Below, in pieces: positions 1 to 11,299 of a stretch of 64,000 nt of DNA; positions within the stretch are counted from its first letter, which is position 1; each line of letters begins with the position of its first letter. Source of the stretch: Microbacterium arborescens (GTDB lineage Bacteria; Actinomycetota; Actinomycetes; Actinomycetales; Microbacteriaceae); NCBI GenBank assembly GCA_036946435.1, contig JAQIJE010000008.1, forward strand, positions 19,715-83,714, given 5' to 3'. The position numbers were made by a program, and so were the translations under genes. The notes under the pieces were generated by a model. The model was not told the DNA's origin, searched no databases, and saw only the letters and a list, made by a program, of their open reading frames with translations.

Positions 1-861
1 TTCCAGCCGAAGTACGTCTTCCAGGCGATCGACGCGGGATGCGCCGCGGTGCGCGTCAACCCCGGCAACATCCGCAAGTTCGACGATCAGGTCGGCGCGA
101 TCGCGAACGCCGCGAAGGCGGCCGGCGTCTCGCTGCGCATCGGCGTCAACGCCGGCTCGCTCGATCGCCGCCTGCTCGAGAAGTACGGCAAGGCGACGCC
201 CGAGGCCCTGGTCGAGAGCGCCGTCTGGGAAGCGTCGCTCTTCGAAGAGCACGACTTCCACGACTTCAAGATCTCGGTCAAGCACAACGACCCGATCGTC
301 ATGGTCAAGGCCTACCGGCAGCTCGCCGAGCGCGGCGACTGGCCCCTGCACCTCGGGGTCACCGAGGCGGGGCCGGCCTTCCAGGGCACGATCAAGAGCG
401 CGACCGCGTTCGGCATCCTGCTCGGCGAGGGCATCGGCGACACGATCCGCGTCTCGCTGTCGGCGCCGCCGGCCGAGGAGGTCAAGGTCGGACACCAGAT
501 CCTGCAGTCGCTCAACCTGCGCGAGCGCAAGCTCGAGATCGTCTCGTGCCCGTCGTGCGGACGTGCGCAGGTCGACGTCTACACGCTCGCCGACGACGTC
601 ACGGCGGGGCTGAAGGACGTCACCGTGCCGCTGCGCGTCGCCGTCATGGGCTGCGTCGTCAACGGACCCGGCGAGGCGCGCGAGGCCGACCTCGGCGTCG
701 CGTCGGGCAACGGCAAGGGGCAGATCTTCGTCAAGGGCGAGGTCATCAAGACCGTGCCCGAGTCCGAGATCGTCGCGACCCTCATCGAAGAGGCCCGCCG
801 TATCGCCGACGACCTCGGCCCCGACGCCCCCCTCGGCACCGCGCAGGTCGTCACCGCCTGA
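1..861 (+). CDS. ispG: 4-hydroxy-3-methylbut-2-en-1-yl diphosphate synthase, 5' end outside window
   Basis: Frame 1 is open from base 1 ([24 protein letters not shown]). Motifs [46 protein letters not shown]. Confidence 0.97.
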   Translation, partial: FQPKYVFQAIDAGCAAVRVNPGNIRKFDDQVGAIANAAKAAGVSLRIGVNAGSLDRRLLEKYGKATPEALVESAVWEASLFEEHDFHDFKISVKHNDPIVMVKAYRQLAERGDWPLHLGVTEAGPAFQGTIKSATAFGILLGEGIGDTIRVSLSAPPAEEVKVGHQILQSLNLRERKLEIVSCPSCGRAQVDVYTLADDVTAGLKDVTVPLRVAVMGCVVNGPGEAREADLGVASGNGKGQIFVKGEVIKTVPESEIVATLIEEARRIADDLGPDAPLGTAQVVTA

Positions 862-1040
862 GATCGGTTAGGTAACGCTTCGACGGCGGATGCCGCGACG
901 GCGTCAGTCTTCCTGCCAGGCCGGTGAGACTGCAGTTCGACGCCGAGACGGTGGGTTTGCCCCGCGGTCTCGGCGTGCGAATGACGTCTCGGCGCGCGTT
1001 CGACGCCTCGCGGGGGCCGGCGCGGCCGCGCGGCGCGGTT

Positions 1041-1676
1041 TTACCAGAGCGAACCGGCGGCGTAGGAGTCGTCGACCTCGGTGTCGATCGAGGTGCGGAT
1101 GGCGATGCGCAGAGCGCGGACGATGTCGTCGAGCGGAAGCGACGGCTTGTCGGCCGGCGCGGACTCGCTCGCATAGGGCACGTGGATGAACCCGGCCTTG
1201 CGGTCGCCCGGCTCGCCGCCGTCGAGCGCCGAGAACATCACGTGGTTGCAGACGAACGTGCCCGCGGAGTGCGAGACGGATGCCGGGATGCCGGCGCCTT
1301 CGACGGCCGAGACGATCGCCTTGACCGGCAGCGTGGAGAAATACGCGGCCGGCGAGTGCGGACGCGACGGCTCGTCGACGGGCTGATCGCCCGCGTTGTC
1401 CGGGATCCGGGCATCCTTCAGGTTGATCGCGACGCGCTCGACCGAGATGCCCGAGCGTCCGCCCGCCAACCCCGTCGCGATGACGACGTCCGGCGTGTGA
1501 TCGACGAGCAGCTCCAGCAGATGCCGTCGCGCCGCACGGAACTCCACCGGTAGGACGGCCGCGACGAGGGTCTCCCGTTCTTTCCACTCATCGGCGATAC
1601 GCAGGACGGCGTCTCCCGACGGGTTGGTCGCGTCGCCCGCGAACGGCTCGAATCCGGTGAGCAGGACGGTGGCCAT
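1041..1676 (-). CDS. pcp: Pyroglutamyl-peptidase I
   Basis: VLLTGFEPF, ERVAIN, YFSTLPVK, AGTFVCNH and GFIHVP motifs. Confidence 0.95.
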   Translation of the reverse strand: MATVLLTGFEPFAGDATNPSGDAVLRIADEWKERETLVAAVLPVEFRAARRHLLELLVDHTPDVVIATGLAGGRSGISVERVAINLKDARIPDNAGDQPVDEPSRPHSPAAYFSTLPVKAIVSAVEGAGIPASVSHSAGTFVCNHVMFSALDGGEPGDRKAGFIHVPYASESAPADKPSLPLDDIVRALRIAIRTSIDTEVDDSYAAGSLW

Positions 1677-1763
1677 GGATCCAGGCTAGGGCGCGGCTGC
1701 GACACCGTGGGTCTCAGCGGCCGAGCGCACGTCGCGGCCCCGCGGCATCCGTAGACTCGACTC

Positions 1764-3521
1764 GTGGTCACCCGTATGTCGCACCTGTTCCTCCGTACGC
1801 TCCGTGAAGACCCCGCGGGCGCCGAGGTCGCCAGTCACAAACTGCTGATCCGCGCCGGCTACATCCGACCGCAGGCAGCGGGCATCTTCGCGTGGCTGCC
1901 GCTCGGCCTGCGCGTCAAGGCAAAGATCGAGCGCGTCGTGCGCGAGGAGATGGCCGCCGCGGGCGCCCAGGAGGTGCACTTCCCGGCGCTGATGCCCCGC
2001 GAGGCGTACGAGGCGACGGGGCGCTGGGAGGAGTACGGCGACCTGCTGTTCCGGCTCCAGGACCGCAAGGGCGGCGACTACCTGCTCGCCCCGACGCACG
2101 AGGAGGCCTTCACGCTGCTCGTGAAGGACCTGTACTCGTCGTACAAGGACCTGCCGCTGACGATCTACCAGATCCAGGACAAGTACCGCGACGAGGCGCG
2201 CCCCCGCGCGGGCCTCCTGCGCGGACGCGAGTTCACGATGAAGGACGCGTATTCGTTCGACGCGAACGACGCCGGGCTCGACGCGAGCTACCAGGCGCAG
2301 CGCGACGCGTACGAGCGCATCTTCCAGCGCCTCGGCCTCGAGTACGTCATCGTGCAGGCGGATGCCGGTGCGATGGGCGGATCCCGATCCGAGGAGTTCC
2401 TGCACCCGACCCCCGTGGGCGAGGACTCGTTCGTCCGCTCCGACGGCGGGTACGCGGCCAACGTCGAGGCGTTCACGACGGTCGCCCCCGAGGCGCGCCC
2501 CGTCGAGGGCCTGCCCGAGGCCGTCGTCTTCGACTCTCCCGACACCCCCACGATCGACACCCTCGTCGCTCACTCGAACGCCGTGCTCGAAGGTGACTTC
2601 ACCGCGGCCGACACGCTCAAGAACGTCGTGCTCGCGCTCACGCACCTCGACGGCACGCGCGAGCTCGTCGTCGTGGGCCTTCCCGGCGACCGCGACGTCG
2701 ACGACAAGCGCGTCGAGGTCGCCTTCGCCCCCGCCGAGGTCGAGCCCGCCACGGCGGAGGACTTCGCGAAGAACCCGCTCCTGGTCAAGGGCTACATCGG
2801 GCCCTGGTCGCCCGAGGGGCCGGTGCTCGGCGAGGAGTCGGCGACCGGCATCCGTTACGTCCTCGACCCGCGCGTCGTCGACGGCACCTCGTGGATCACC
2901 GGCGCGAACATCGACCAGAAGCACGTGCACTCGCTCGTTGCCGGACGCGACTTCACGGCGGATGCGTTCGTCGAGGTCGCGACGGTGCGCGCGGGCGACC
3001 CGGCCCCCGACGGCTCGGGCCCCGTCTCGATCGCGCGCGGCATGGAGATCGGACACGTCTTCCAGCTCGGACGCAAGTACGCCGAGGCGCTGGGCCTGAA
3101 GGTGCTCGACGAGAACGGCAAGCTCGTGACGGTCACGATGGGCTCGTACGGCATCGGCGTCACCCGCATCCTCGCGATCATCGCCGAGCTCAACAACGAC
3201 GACCGCGGCCTCATCTGGCCCGAGTCCGTCGCACCGTTCGACGTCCACGTCGTCGCCACGGGCCGGGATGCCGCGGCCTTCGAGCTCGCCGCGTCGCTGT
3301 CCGCCGATCTCGAGGCCGCGGGCCTCGACGTCGTCTACGACGACCGTCCCAAGGTCTCGCCCGGCGTGAAGTTCGGCGATGCCGAGCTCGTCGGTGTTCC
3401 CCGGATCGTCATCGTCGGGCGCGGAGCCGCCGACGGCCAGGTCGAGCTGTGGGACCGTCGCACCGGGGAGCGCGAGGCCGTCGCCGTCGCCGACGCCGTC
3501 GCTCGTCTCACCGCCCGCTGA
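1764..3521 (+). CDS. proS: Proline--tRNA ligase (bacterial type with editing domain)
   Basis: [58 protein letters not shown] -10 lies 6 nt before the GTG, so probably leaderless. Confidence 0.98.
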   Translation: MVTRMSHLFLRTLREDPAGAEVASHKLLIRAGYIRPQAAGIFAWLPLGLRVKAKIERVVREEMAAAGAQEVHFPALMPREAYEATGRWEEYGDLLFRLQDRKGGDYLLAPTHEEAFTLLVKDLYSSYKDLPLTIYQIQDKYRDEARPRAGLLRGREFTMKDAYSFDANDAGLDASYQAQRDAYERIFQRLGLEYVIVQADAGAMGGSRSEEFLHPTPVGEDSFVRSDGGYAANVEAFTTVAPEARPVEGLPEAVVFDSPDTPTIDTLVAHSNAVLEGDFTAADTLKNVVLALTHLDGTRELVVVGLPGDRDVDDKRVEVAFAPAEVEPATAEDFAKNPLLVKGYIGPWSPEGPVLGEESATGIRYVLDPRVVDGTSWITGANIDQKHVHSLVAGRDFTADAFVEVATVRAGDPAPDGSGPVSIARGMEIGHVFQLGRKYAEALGLKVLDENGKLVTVTMGSYGIGVTRILAIIAELNNDDRGLIWPESVAPFDVHVVATGRDAAAFELAASLSADLEAAGLDVVYDDRPKVSPGVKFGDAELVGVPRIVIVGRGAADGQVELWDRRTGEREAVAVADAVARLTAR

Positions 3522-3535
3522 GCCCAGCTCCCTGT

Positions 3536-3568
3536 CGCCGGATGCCGCGCACTTCGCGGCATCCGGCG
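3536..3568. terminator. Hairpin between convergent proS and DUF1206 genes
   Basis: 14-bp perfect stem CGCCGGATGCCGCG / CGCGGCATCCGGCG with a 5-nt loop. Confidence 0.75.
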
Positions 3569-3638
3569 CACTTCTGTCTGCGCTCGACGTGCCGACGTGC
3601 GCCCGAAGGCGGGGAGGAGCGGCCGGGGGAGACCGGCC

Positions 3639-4445
3639 TCAGAGGTCGGCGTAGCGGGCGCGGAAGACCGTGAACACTCCGTATGCGATCAGCCCGGCAC
3701 CGACCACGACGACGATCGCGGGCCCGAGCGCCAGCTCGAGCAGCGCGCGGATGGCGGCGTCGAGGCTCCCGGCCTCGTCGGCGCGCGAGCGCACGGCGGC
3801 GACGACGAGCACGCCGCCGAGCGAACCGAGGGCGATGCCCTTGGCGACGAAGCCGACGACGCCGAGCCCGGTCACGGCCGCGCCCACCGGCCCGTGCGGA
3901 ATGGTCATCTTGGAGCGGAACGACCGGCGCACGCCCATGACGGCGAAGACGACACCGGCCACGGCCACTCCGAGGCCCACGAGAACGATGACGAAGACGC
4001 CGCCCGGCATCGCCAGCACGCCGCGGCTCGCGTCGCGCGCGGTCTCATCGGCCTGCGGCCGGGCGCCGAGCGCGACGGCCGCCGAGAGCCCGCCGAAGAA
4101 CAGGAACACGAGCGCCTGTCCCCATTCCGAGGCACGCACACCCCACGCCGCGGCACCGCTTCGTCGGCGCGACGCGAGCATCCCCTCGGCGAGGTGCCAG
4201 ACGCCGAGGGAGACCAGCAGGGCCGCAGCGATCCACAGCACGACGAAGCCGAGCGGCAGCTCCGCGACGGCTCGGAACGCACCGGTCTGATCGGCGTCGC
4301 GATCGCCTCCGAAGGCGACGGCGATGATGAGCGACCCGATGAGCAGGTGGACGACCCCGTTCGCGACGTACCCGCCGCGGGCCAGAGCCCGAGCCGCCGG
4401 CTGACGCTCGACCGCGCGTGCGGCATCGTGCGCGGGTTCGCCCAT
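3639..4445 (-). CDS. DUF1206-like membrane protein
   Basis: LARGGYVANGVVHLLIG, ADQTGA..AE.PLG, LDAAI..L and GLIAYG repeats with several TM helices. Confidence 0.75.
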   Translation of the reverse strand: MGEPAHDAARAVERQPAARALARGGYVANGVVHLLIGSLIIAVAFGGDRDADQTGAFRAVAELPLGFVVLWIAAALLVSLGVWHLAEGMLASRRRSGAAAWGVRASEWGQALVFLFFGGLSAAVALGARPQADETARDASRGVLAMPGGVFVIVLVGLGVAVAGVVFAVMGVRRSFRSKMTIPHGPVGAAVTGLGVVGFVAKGIALGSLGGVLVVAAVRSRADEAGSLDAAIRALLELALGPAIVVVVGAGLIAYGVFTVFRARYADL

Positions 4446-4533
4446 CCCGTGAGCCTACGACGGGTCGCGCGGCTCCGCGAAAGCACGGACCGGCAGCCGT
4501 GGATCGGCCACCGGTCCGTTGTCGTCCGTTCCG

Positions 4534-5640
4534 TCAGTCCATGACGAGGACGGCCTTGACGGCCTTGCCCGACTGGGTGTCCGCGATGGCCTGCTCGATG
4601 TCCGAGAAGGGGTACTTCGTGATCAGCTGGTCGAACGGGAAGCGTCCGGCTTCGTGCAGAGCGAGCATCTCGGGGATGAACTTCTGCGGCACCGCGTCGC
4701 CCTCGATGGCGCCGACGAAGGTCTTGCCCGATCCCGAGATCGATCCGAGGGGGATCTCGGCGCCCGGCTTCGGCACCCCCACGAGGGCGATCCTGGCGCC
4801 GAAGGCGGTCGCCGCGACGATCGTGTCGACGACGGCCGGGACCGCCGTGGTGTCGACGGCGTAGTCGGCCCCGACCCCGCCGGTGATCTCGAGGATGCGC
4901 GCGACGGCATCTTCGTCCTTGCTGTTGACTGTGTGCGTCGCGCCGAGCTTCGCGGCGAACTCGAGCCGCTCGGGGATGATGTCGACGGCGATGATCGTGG
5001 TCGCGCCGGCGACCTTCGCGCCCATGATGGACGACAGTCCCACCGCCCCCGTGCCGGTCACGATGATGGACGCGCCGGCGGGCACGTCGAGCGAGTTGAG
5101 CACGGTGCCCGCGCCCGTCTGCACACCGCATCCGAGCGGTCCGGCGATCTCGACGTCGGCGCTCTCGGGCAACTTGACGGCGTTGCGGGCCTCGACGATG
5201 ACGTGGCTCGCGAACGACGACTGTCCGAAGAACGATCCGTGCATCTCCGACCCGTCGGCCGCCGTCATCGTGGCGGAGCCGTCTTCGCGCGCCCCGCCGA
5301 AGTTCAGCGCCATGAAGTTGCGGCAGTACGCCTCGCGTCCGGTCAGGCAGTTGGTGCAGTGGCCGCACGAGGCGAACGAGACCGCGACCTTGTCTCCGAC
5401 CTCGTACCCCGAAACAGCGGCGCCGACCTGTTCGACGACACCGGCGCCCTCGTGACCGAGCACGAAGGGGAAGGCGGCGGGGATGTGGCCGTGCTGCACT
5501 GCGAGGTCGGTGTGGCACAGGCCGGTGGCGGCCACCTTGACGAGCAGCTCGTCGGGGCGGATGTCGTCGAGGGTGATGTCCTCGAAGCGGAACGGGGCGT
5601 CCTGAGCGTGGAGGACGGCGGCGTGCGCGGTGGTGGTCAT
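4534..5640 (-). CDS. Zn-dependent NAD(P) alcohol dehydrogenase (aryl-alcohol dehydrogenase-like)
   Basis: GLCHTD, GHEGAG, CGHCTNC...C, FFGQSSFA, PLGCGVQTGAG, GTGAVG. Confidence 0.9.
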   Translation of the reverse strand: MTTTAHAAVLHAQDAPFRFEDITLDDIRPDELLVKVAATGLCHTDLAVQHGHIPAAFPFVLGHEGAGVVEQVGAAVSGYEVGDKVAVSFASCGHCTNCLTGREAYCRNFMALNFGGAREDGSATMTAADGSEMHGSFFGQSSFASHVIVEARNAVKLPESADVEIAGPLGCGVQTGAGTVLNSLDVPAGASIIVTGTGAVGLSSIMGAKVAGATTIIAVDIIPERLEFAAKLGATHTVNSKDEDAVARILEITGGVGADYAVDTTAVPAVVDTIVAATAFGARIALVGVPKPGAEIPLGSISGSGKTFVGAIEGDAVPQKFIPEMLALHEAGRFPFDQLITKYPFSDIEQAIADTQSGKAVKAVLVMD

Positions 5641-5802
5641 AGGGAGGTTCCTTTCGCGTTCGCGGTCGCGGCGGCACAGCCGTCGTCGCGACCGATGTCA
5701 CGATCGGGCGTCGTCTCCCGCATCGCGGGCCGCCCGGTCCTCAAACAGTATGCGCCTGAATCGATCGGCCGGGCCGGGGGTTGCGAACCTCGCTGCAGCG
5801 GT

Positions 5803-6408
5803 CTAGGCGGCGGCGTCCTCGATCGCGGGGGAGGGGACGCGGTACCACGGGCGCCCGAGCGGCAGGATGCTGCGTCCGAGCGTCCGCGCAGAGAACTTCT
5901 CGAGCAGCATGTAGGCCGCCAGAGCCGAGGCGAGCAGCAGCGCGGCCGATCCCGCTGCGCCGAAGGCCGCCGGCCCGCCGAACGCGCTGACGGTCTGGAG
6001 CCCCAGCCCCGCGGTCACGGCGAGGAGGGTCACCGGCAGGACCGTGTTGCGGCTCGCGGCCGATACGGCGAACACGAGCGCGAGGATCGAGAACATCAGG
6101 GTGAACACTCCGCGTGCAGGGCCCTCGACCTCGAAGAATCCGAGCTCCCCGCCCAGCAGGAATCCGGGCATGCAGATCCAGTACCACCCGAAGGCGTTGT
6201 AGACGATGAAATGGAAGTCGTCGCCCGCGAAGTACGACAGCATGCCCGCGGTGACCTGGACGACGCCGCCGAACACCGCGCCCACCCAGAACACGGGGCT
6301 CTCGTTCTGCAGGCCGAGGTGCTCGAGCTGCGCGGTGAGGGTCGCGATGACGAAGCCGAGCAGGCCGATGAGTCCGGGGTCGGCCAGGCGGGGGGTGCGT
6401 TCGGTCAT
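5803..6408 (-). CDS. GPR1/FUN34/YaaH (SatP-like) acetate uptake transporter family protein
   Basis: LADPGLIGLLGF resembles the family NPAPLGL signature; FGGVVQ; about 6 TM helices. Start taken at ATG 6408. Confidence 0.75.
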   Translation of the reverse strand: MTERTPRLADPGLIGLLGFVIATLTAQLEHLGLQNESPVFWVGAVFGGVVQVTAGMLSYFAGDDFHFIVYNAFGWYWICMPGFLLGGELGFFEVEGPARGVFTLMFSILALVFAVSAASRNTVLPVTLLAVTAGLGLQTVSAFGGPAAFGAAGSAALLLASALAAYMLLEKFSARTLGRSILPLGRPWYRVPSPAIEDAAA

Positions 6409-6548
6409 ACCGACCAGTATCCCGAGGTCGCCCGCGGTGCTCTCGCGGCCTCCGCCGGGCAAACACGGCGCGACCGGCATCGGGTAACGTTGGGTGGATG
6501 CCGGGAGCGCCAGACGCCCCCGGACGAGAGCTGAATACGGAGGGCACC

Positions 6549-7538
6549 ATGGACATCGATCTCTCACTGCTGCGCACGGTCGAGCGAGAGAAGGAGATCC
6601 CCTTCGACGAACTCGTCCGCATCATCGAGCAGGCCGTTCTGACCGCCTACGCGAAGCACACCTCGCCCGACGGCGAGCTGCCCGAGGGCGCACGTGCCGA
6701 GCTCGACCGCAAGACCGGTCACGTCGCGATCTACGTGCCGCTGCGCGACGAGGACGACGCCGTCATCGGCGAGGAGGAGTCGACGCCCGACGACTTCGGC
6801 CGCATCGCCGCGTTCGCCGCCAAGCAGGTCATCAGCCAGCGTCTGCGCGACATCGCCGACGACGCCGTGCTGGGCGAGTTCCGCGGCAAGGAGGGCGACA
6901 TCGTCGCCGGCGTCATCCAGCAGGGGCCGAACCCCCGCATGGTGCACGTCGACCTCGGCACGATCGAGGCCATCCTCCCGCCCGAGGAGCAGGTCGCGGG
7001 TGAGGAGTACCGCCACGGCTCGCGTCTGCGCGTCTACGTCACCTCCGTCTCGAAGGGCACCAAGGGTCCCTCGATCACCGTCTCGCGCACGCACCCGGGT
7101 CTCGTGCGCAAGCTGTTCGCGATGGAGGTCCCCGAGATCGCCAACGGCCTCGTCGAGATCACCTCGCTGGCGCGCGAGGCGGGACATCGCACCAAGATCG
7201 CGGTCAAGGCCAACGATCCCTCGATCAACGCCAAGGGTGCCTGCATCGGCGAGCTCGGGCGTCGCGTCCGGGCGGTCACCGAGGAGCTCGGCGGCGAGAA
7301 GATCGACATCATCGACTACAACGGCGACCTCGCGACCTTCGTCGCCAACGCGCTGTCGCCGGCGAAGGTGACGTCGAGCTTCGTGCTCGATGCCGCGACG
7401 AAGGCGGTGCGCGCGCTCGTCCCCGACTACCAGCTCTCCCTCGCGATCGGCAAAGAAGGGCAGAACGCGCGGCTCGCAGCCAAACTCACCGGCGCGAAGA
7501 TCGACATTCAGCCCGACTCGATCCTCGAGGACTCCTGA
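6549..7538 (+). CDS. nusA: Transcription termination factor NusA
   Basis: FGRIAAFAAKQVI, SRTHPGLV, AREAGHRTKIAV, QLSLAIGKEGQNARLAAKLTG. Confidence 0.98.
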   Translation: MDIDLSLLRTVEREKEIPFDELVRIIEQAVLTAYAKHTSPDGELPEGARAELDRKTGHVAIYVPLRDEDDAVIGEEESTPDDFGRIAAFAAKQVISQRLRDIADDAVLGEFRGKEGDIVAGVIQQGPNPRMVHVDLGTIEAILPPEEQVAGEEYRHGSRLRVYVTSVSKGTKGPSITVSRTHPGLVRKLFAMEVPEIANGLVEITSLAREAGHRTKIAVKANDPSINAKGACIGELGRRVRAVTEELGGEKIDIIDYNGDLATFVANALSPAKVTSSFVLDAATKAVRALVPDYQLSLAIGKEGQNARLAAKLTGAKIDIQPDSILEDS

Positions 7539-7549
7539 CCGGGGGTAGA

Positions 7550-7801
7550 ATGGATCCCGTTCGAACGTGCGTGGGTTGCCGCGCGCGCGCTTCCCGGGCC
7601 TCGCTCCTCCGAGTCGTGGCCCGCGACGGCGTCCTGGTCGCAGACCCGGGCGCTTCGCTCCCCGGGAGAGGCGCGTGGGTCCACGACACACCCGAATGCG
7701 TGGATGCCGCCCTGCGGCGTCGTGCTTTCGGGCGAGCCCTGCGGTCATCCGGCCCACTGGATACGCAGGAATTCCAGATTGATCACCAGCGCAAAGGCTG
7801 A
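7550..7801 (+). CDS. ylxR: YlxR/DUF448 family protein
   Basis: PVRTCVGCR, LLRVV, PGRGAWVH...C; sits between nusA and infB. Confidence 0.9.
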   Translation: MDPVRTCVGCRARASRASLLRVVARDGVLVADPGASLPGRGAWVHDTPECVDAALRRRAFGRALRSSGPLDTQEFQIDHQRKG

Positions 7802-7896
7802 ACGGCTATGGACACGAAGTGAACGGCTCGAGATGAGACCCGTCCGCGCTTAAACGGTCCGCCCTGTCCGAGGGTGGGCCTTCAGACAGGAGAATT

Positions 7897-10698
7897 GTGG
7901 CAAAACCACGCGTACACGAGATCGCTTCCGAGCTCGGCGTCGACAGCAAAGTCGCCCTCGCGAAGCTGAAGGAGCTCGGCGAGTTCGTCAAGAGCCCCTC
8001 ATCCACCATCGAGCCCCCCGTGGCTCGTAAGCTTCGGGCTGCGCTCGAGGCCGACGGTGGCTCGGCTCCGGCCGCGCCCGCCCCCGGCGGCGCCCGTCCC
8101 GGCGCTGCCCGTCCGAGTGCGGCCAAGCCCGCCGCTCCGGGCGCCAAGCCCGGTCCCGCGGCCAAGCCCGGCCCCGCCAAGCCCGCCGCTCCCGCGGCGC
8201 CCGCCGCGCCGACTCCGGCCGAAGCCGCACCCGCGACCCCGGCTCCCGCCGCGGCCGCCGCGCCCGCTCCGGCCGCGTCTTCGCCCACCCCGGGCTCGGC
8301 AGCCCCGACGCCCGGCGCCGGCAAGCCCGGTCCGGCCAAGCCGGGCGGCGCGACCCCCGGCGGCTCGCAGCCGCCGCGTCCCGGCGGCGCCCGCCCCGGC
8401 AACAACCCCTTCGCCCCCTCGCAGGGCATGGGCCAGCGTCCCGCCGGCCCCCGTCCCGGCAACAACCCCTTCGCTTCTGCGCAGGGCATGGGCCAGCGGC
8501 CGAACCCCGGCAACATCCCGCGTCCGCAGGCTCCGCGCCCCGGCGCGCCCCGGCCCGGTGCCCCGCGTCCCGGCGGTGCCGGTCGTCCCGGTGGCGGCGG
8601 TCGTCCCGGTGCTCCGTTCCAGCAGCGTCCCGGCGGTCCCGGCCGTCCCGGCGGCGCCGGTGGCGGATTCCAGCGTCCCGGTGCTCCCGGCGGCGGCTTC
8701 GCCGGTCGTCCGGGTGGTGGCGGCGGCCGTGGTCGCGGCCCCGGCGGTGGTACCGCAGGTGCGTTCGGCAAGGGCGGCGGCAAGTCCAAGCAGCGTAAGT
8801 CGCGTCGGGCGAAGCGGCAGGAGTTCGAGATGCGGTCGGCGCCGGTCGTCGGCGGCGTCAACGTCCAGAAGGGTAACGGCGAGATCATCCGTCTGCGCCG
8901 CGGCGCGTCGATCGCCGACTTCGCGGACAAGCTCGAGGCCCTGCGCGGCTACACCGTGCAGCCCGGCACGCTCGTGACCATCCTGTTCAACCTGGGGGAG
9001 ATGGCGACCGCGACCGAGTCGCTCGACGAGGCCACCTTCGAGGTGCTCGGCGCCGAGCTCGGCTACAAGATCCAGATGGTCTCGCCCGAGGACGAGGACA
9101 AAGAGCTCCTCGAGGGCTTCGGTCTCGACCTCGACGCCGAACTCGAGGCGGAGAGCGACGAAGACCTCGAGATCCGTCCCCCCGTGGTCACCGTCATGGG
9201 CCACGTCGACCACGGTAAGACGCGACTGCTCGACGCGATCCGTCAGACCAACGTCGTCGCGGGCGAGGCCGGTGGCATCACGCAGCACATCGGTGCGTAC
9301 CAGGTGTGGACCGAGCACGACGGCATCGAGCGCGCGATCACCTTCATCGACACCCCGGGTCACGAGGCGTTCACCGCCATGCGTGCCCGTGGTGCGCAGG
9401 TGACCGACATCGCGATCCTCGTGGTCGCGGCCGACGACGGCATCATGCCGCAGACGGTCGAGGCGCTGAACCACGCTCAGGCGGCCCAGGTGCCGATCGT
9501 GGTCGCGGTGAACAAGGTCGACAAGCCCGACGCCAACCCGGCCAAGGTGCGCCAGCAGCTCACCGAGTACGGTCTGGTCGCCGAGGAGTACGGCGGAGAC
9601 GTCATGTTCGTCGACGTGTCGGCACGCCAGGGCACCAACATCCAGGAACTCCTGGACGCGGTGCTGCTGACGGCGGATGCGGGCCTGGACCTCACGGCCA
9701 ACCCGAACAAGGCCGCCCGTGGTGTCGCGATCGAGGCGAAGCTCGACAAGGGACGTGGTTCGGTCGCGACCGTCCTCATCCAGTCGGGAACGCTCCGCGT
9801 CGGCGACGCGATCGTCGCCGGCACGGCGTACGGCCGCGTCCGCGCGATGATCGACGAGAACGGCGATCCGGTCGACGAGGCCTACCCCTCGCGTCCGGTC
9901 CAGGTGCAGGGTCTCAACTCGGTTCCCCGAGCCGGCGACGTGTTCATCGTCACCGAAGAGGACCGCACCGCACGTCAGATCGCCGAGAAGCGCGAGGCCG
10001 CCGAGCGCAACGCCCAGCTGGCCAAGGCCCGCAAGCGCATCTCGCTCGAGGACTTCACCCGCGCTCTCGAAGAGGGCAAGGTCGAGTCGCTCAACCTCAT
10101 CATCAAGGGTGACGTCTCGGGTGCCGTCGAGGCCCTCGAGGAGTCGCTGCTCAAGATCGAGGTCGACGACTCCGTTCAGCTGCGGATCATCCACCGCGGC
10201 GTCGGCGCCATCACCGAGTCGGACATCAACCTGGCGACGATCGACAACGCGATCGTCATCGGCTTCAACGTCCGGCCCGACACGAAGGCACGCGAGCGCG
10301 CCGCCCGCGAGGGCGTCGATGTCCGGTTCTACTCGGTCATCTACAACGCGATCGACGACGTCGAGCAGTCGCTCACGGGCATGCTGAAGCCGGAGTACGA
10401 AGAGGTCCAGTCGGGTGTCGCCGAGATCCGCGAGGTGTTCCGCTCCTCGAAGTTCGGCAACATCGCGGGTGTCATCGTGCGGTCGGGAACGATCACGCGA
10501 AACGCCAAGGCTCGCGTCATCCGCGACGGTGTCGTCCTCGCCGACGGCCTGGCCATCGAATCGCTCCGCCGGTTCAAGGACGACGTCACCGAGGTCCGTA
10601 CCGACTTCGAGGCCGGTATCGGTCTCGGCAAGTACAACGACATCCAGATCGGCGACGAGATCGAGACGACCGAGATGGTGGAGAAGCCGCGCGGCTGA
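7897..10698 (+). CDS. infB: Translation initiation factor IF-2
   Basis: RVHEIA N-terminus, Pro/Gly-rich linker with PRPGNNPF twice, [26 protein letters not shown]. Confidence 0.99.
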   Translation: MAKPRVHEIASELGVDSKVALAKLKELGEFVKSPSSTIEPPVARKLRAALEADGGSAPAAPAPGGARPGAARPSAAKPAAPGAKPGPAAKPGPAKPAAPAAPAAPTPAEAAPATPAPAAAAAPAPAASSPTPGSAAPTPGAGKPGPAKPGGATPGGSQPPRPGGARPGNNPFAPSQGMGQRPAGPRPGNNPFASAQGMGQRPNPGNIPRPQAPRPGAPRPGAPRPGGAGRPGGGGRPGAPFQQRPGGPGRPGGAGGGFQRPGAPGGGFAGRPGGGGGRGRGPGGGTAGAFGKGGGKSKQRKSRRAKRQEFEMRSAPVVGGVNVQKGNGEIIRLRRGASIADFADKLEALRGYTVQPGTLVTILFNLGEMATATESLDEATFEVLGAELGYKIQMVSPEDEDKELLEGFGLDLDAELEAESDEDLEIRPPVVTVMGHVDHGKTRLLDAIRQTNVVAGEAGGITQHIGAYQVWTEHDGIERAITFIDTPGHEAFTAMRARGAQVTDIAILVVAADDGIMPQTVEALNHAQAAQVPIVVAVNKVDKPDANPAKVRQQLTEYGLVAEEYGGDVMFVDVSARQGTNIQELLDAVLLTADAGLDLTANPNKAARGVAIEAKLDKGRGSVATVLIQSGTLRVGDAIVAGTAYGRVRAMIDENGDPVDEAYPSRPVQVQGLNSVPRAGDVFIVTEEDRTARQIAEKREAAERNAQLAKARKRISLEDFTRALEEGKVESLNLIIKGDVSGAVEALEESLLKIEVDDSVQLRIIHRGVGAITESDINLATIDNAIVIGFNVRPDTKARERAAREGVDVRFYSVIYNAIDDVEQSLTGMLKPEYEEVQSGVAEIREVFRSSKFGNIAGVIVRSGTITRNAKARVIRDGVVLADGLAIESLRRFKDDVTEVRTDFEAGIGLGKYNDIQIGDEIETTEMVEKPRG

Positions 10699-10715
10699 TT
10701 TCTGTCAGACGCTTC

Positions 10716-10781
10716 GGCGTTGGATGCCTCCTCGATAACAGGACCCCCGAGACCCCGACTATCGAGGAGGCATCCAACGCC
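10716..10781. repeat. 22-bp perfect inverted repeat between infB and rbfA
   Basis: GGCGTTGGATGCCTCCTCGATA / TATCGAGGAGGCATCCAACGCC with a 22-nt loop. Confidence 0.85.
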
Positions 10782-10832
10782 TTCGCTGCATCCATCCGCC
10801 GAATTGGCGGGCGGGAAGAAGGAGAAGAAGGT

Positions 10833-11270
10833 ATGTCCAGCGAACGTCAGTCGCGCCTGGCCGATCGCATCCGCGTGCTCGTCGCGGAGCGGCTCGAGAA
10901 GGGGCTGCGCGACCCGCGGCTCGGTTTCGTCACGATCACCGACGTCCGGGTGACGGGCGACCTGCAGCACGCCTCGGTGTTCTACACCGTGTACGGCTCC
11001 GACCAGGAGCGTGCAGACTCGGCCGAGGCGCTCCGTGCCGCGACCGGGATGCTGCGCAGCGAGGTCGGCCGCCAGCTCGGCGTCCGCCTCACCCCGACGC
11101 TCGAGTTCATCCTCGACGCGTTGCCCGAGAACGCGGGGCACATCGAGCACCTGCTCCGCGAGGCGCGCGAGCGCGACGCCGCCACCGCCGCCACCGCGAC
11201 GGGCGCCGTGTACGCCGGCGAGGCGGACCCGTACGTCAAGCCGCGCGAGATCGCGGACGACGAGGACTGA
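10833..11270 (+). CDS. rbfA: Ribosome-binding factor A
   Basis: LRDPRLGFVTITDVRVTGDLQHA, RLTPTLEFILD. Confidence 0.97.
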   Translation: MSSERQSRLADRIRVLVAERLEKGLRDPRLGFVTITDVRVTGDLQHASVFYTVYGSDQERADSAEALRAATGMLRSEVGRQLGVRLTPTLEFILDALPENAGHIEHLLREARERDAATAATATGAVYAGEADPYVKPREIADDED

Positions 11271-11299
11271 GCCCCCGCGCGCCGCAGACGGCGCCGGAC

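Noticed and set aside
1677-1763. T-box leader for proS
   Set aside because: The spacer is under 90 bp and proS appears leaderless.
8060-8760. Pro/Gly/Ala repeats in infB as a novel repeat
   Set aside because: This is the usual low-complexity linker of actinobacterial IF2.
7999-10194. Long antisense or alternate-frame ORFs (also 1686-3248, 36554-39112, 48905-50875, 53378-55330)
   Set aside because: Shadow ORFs of real genes, expected at high GC3; no recognisable motifs.
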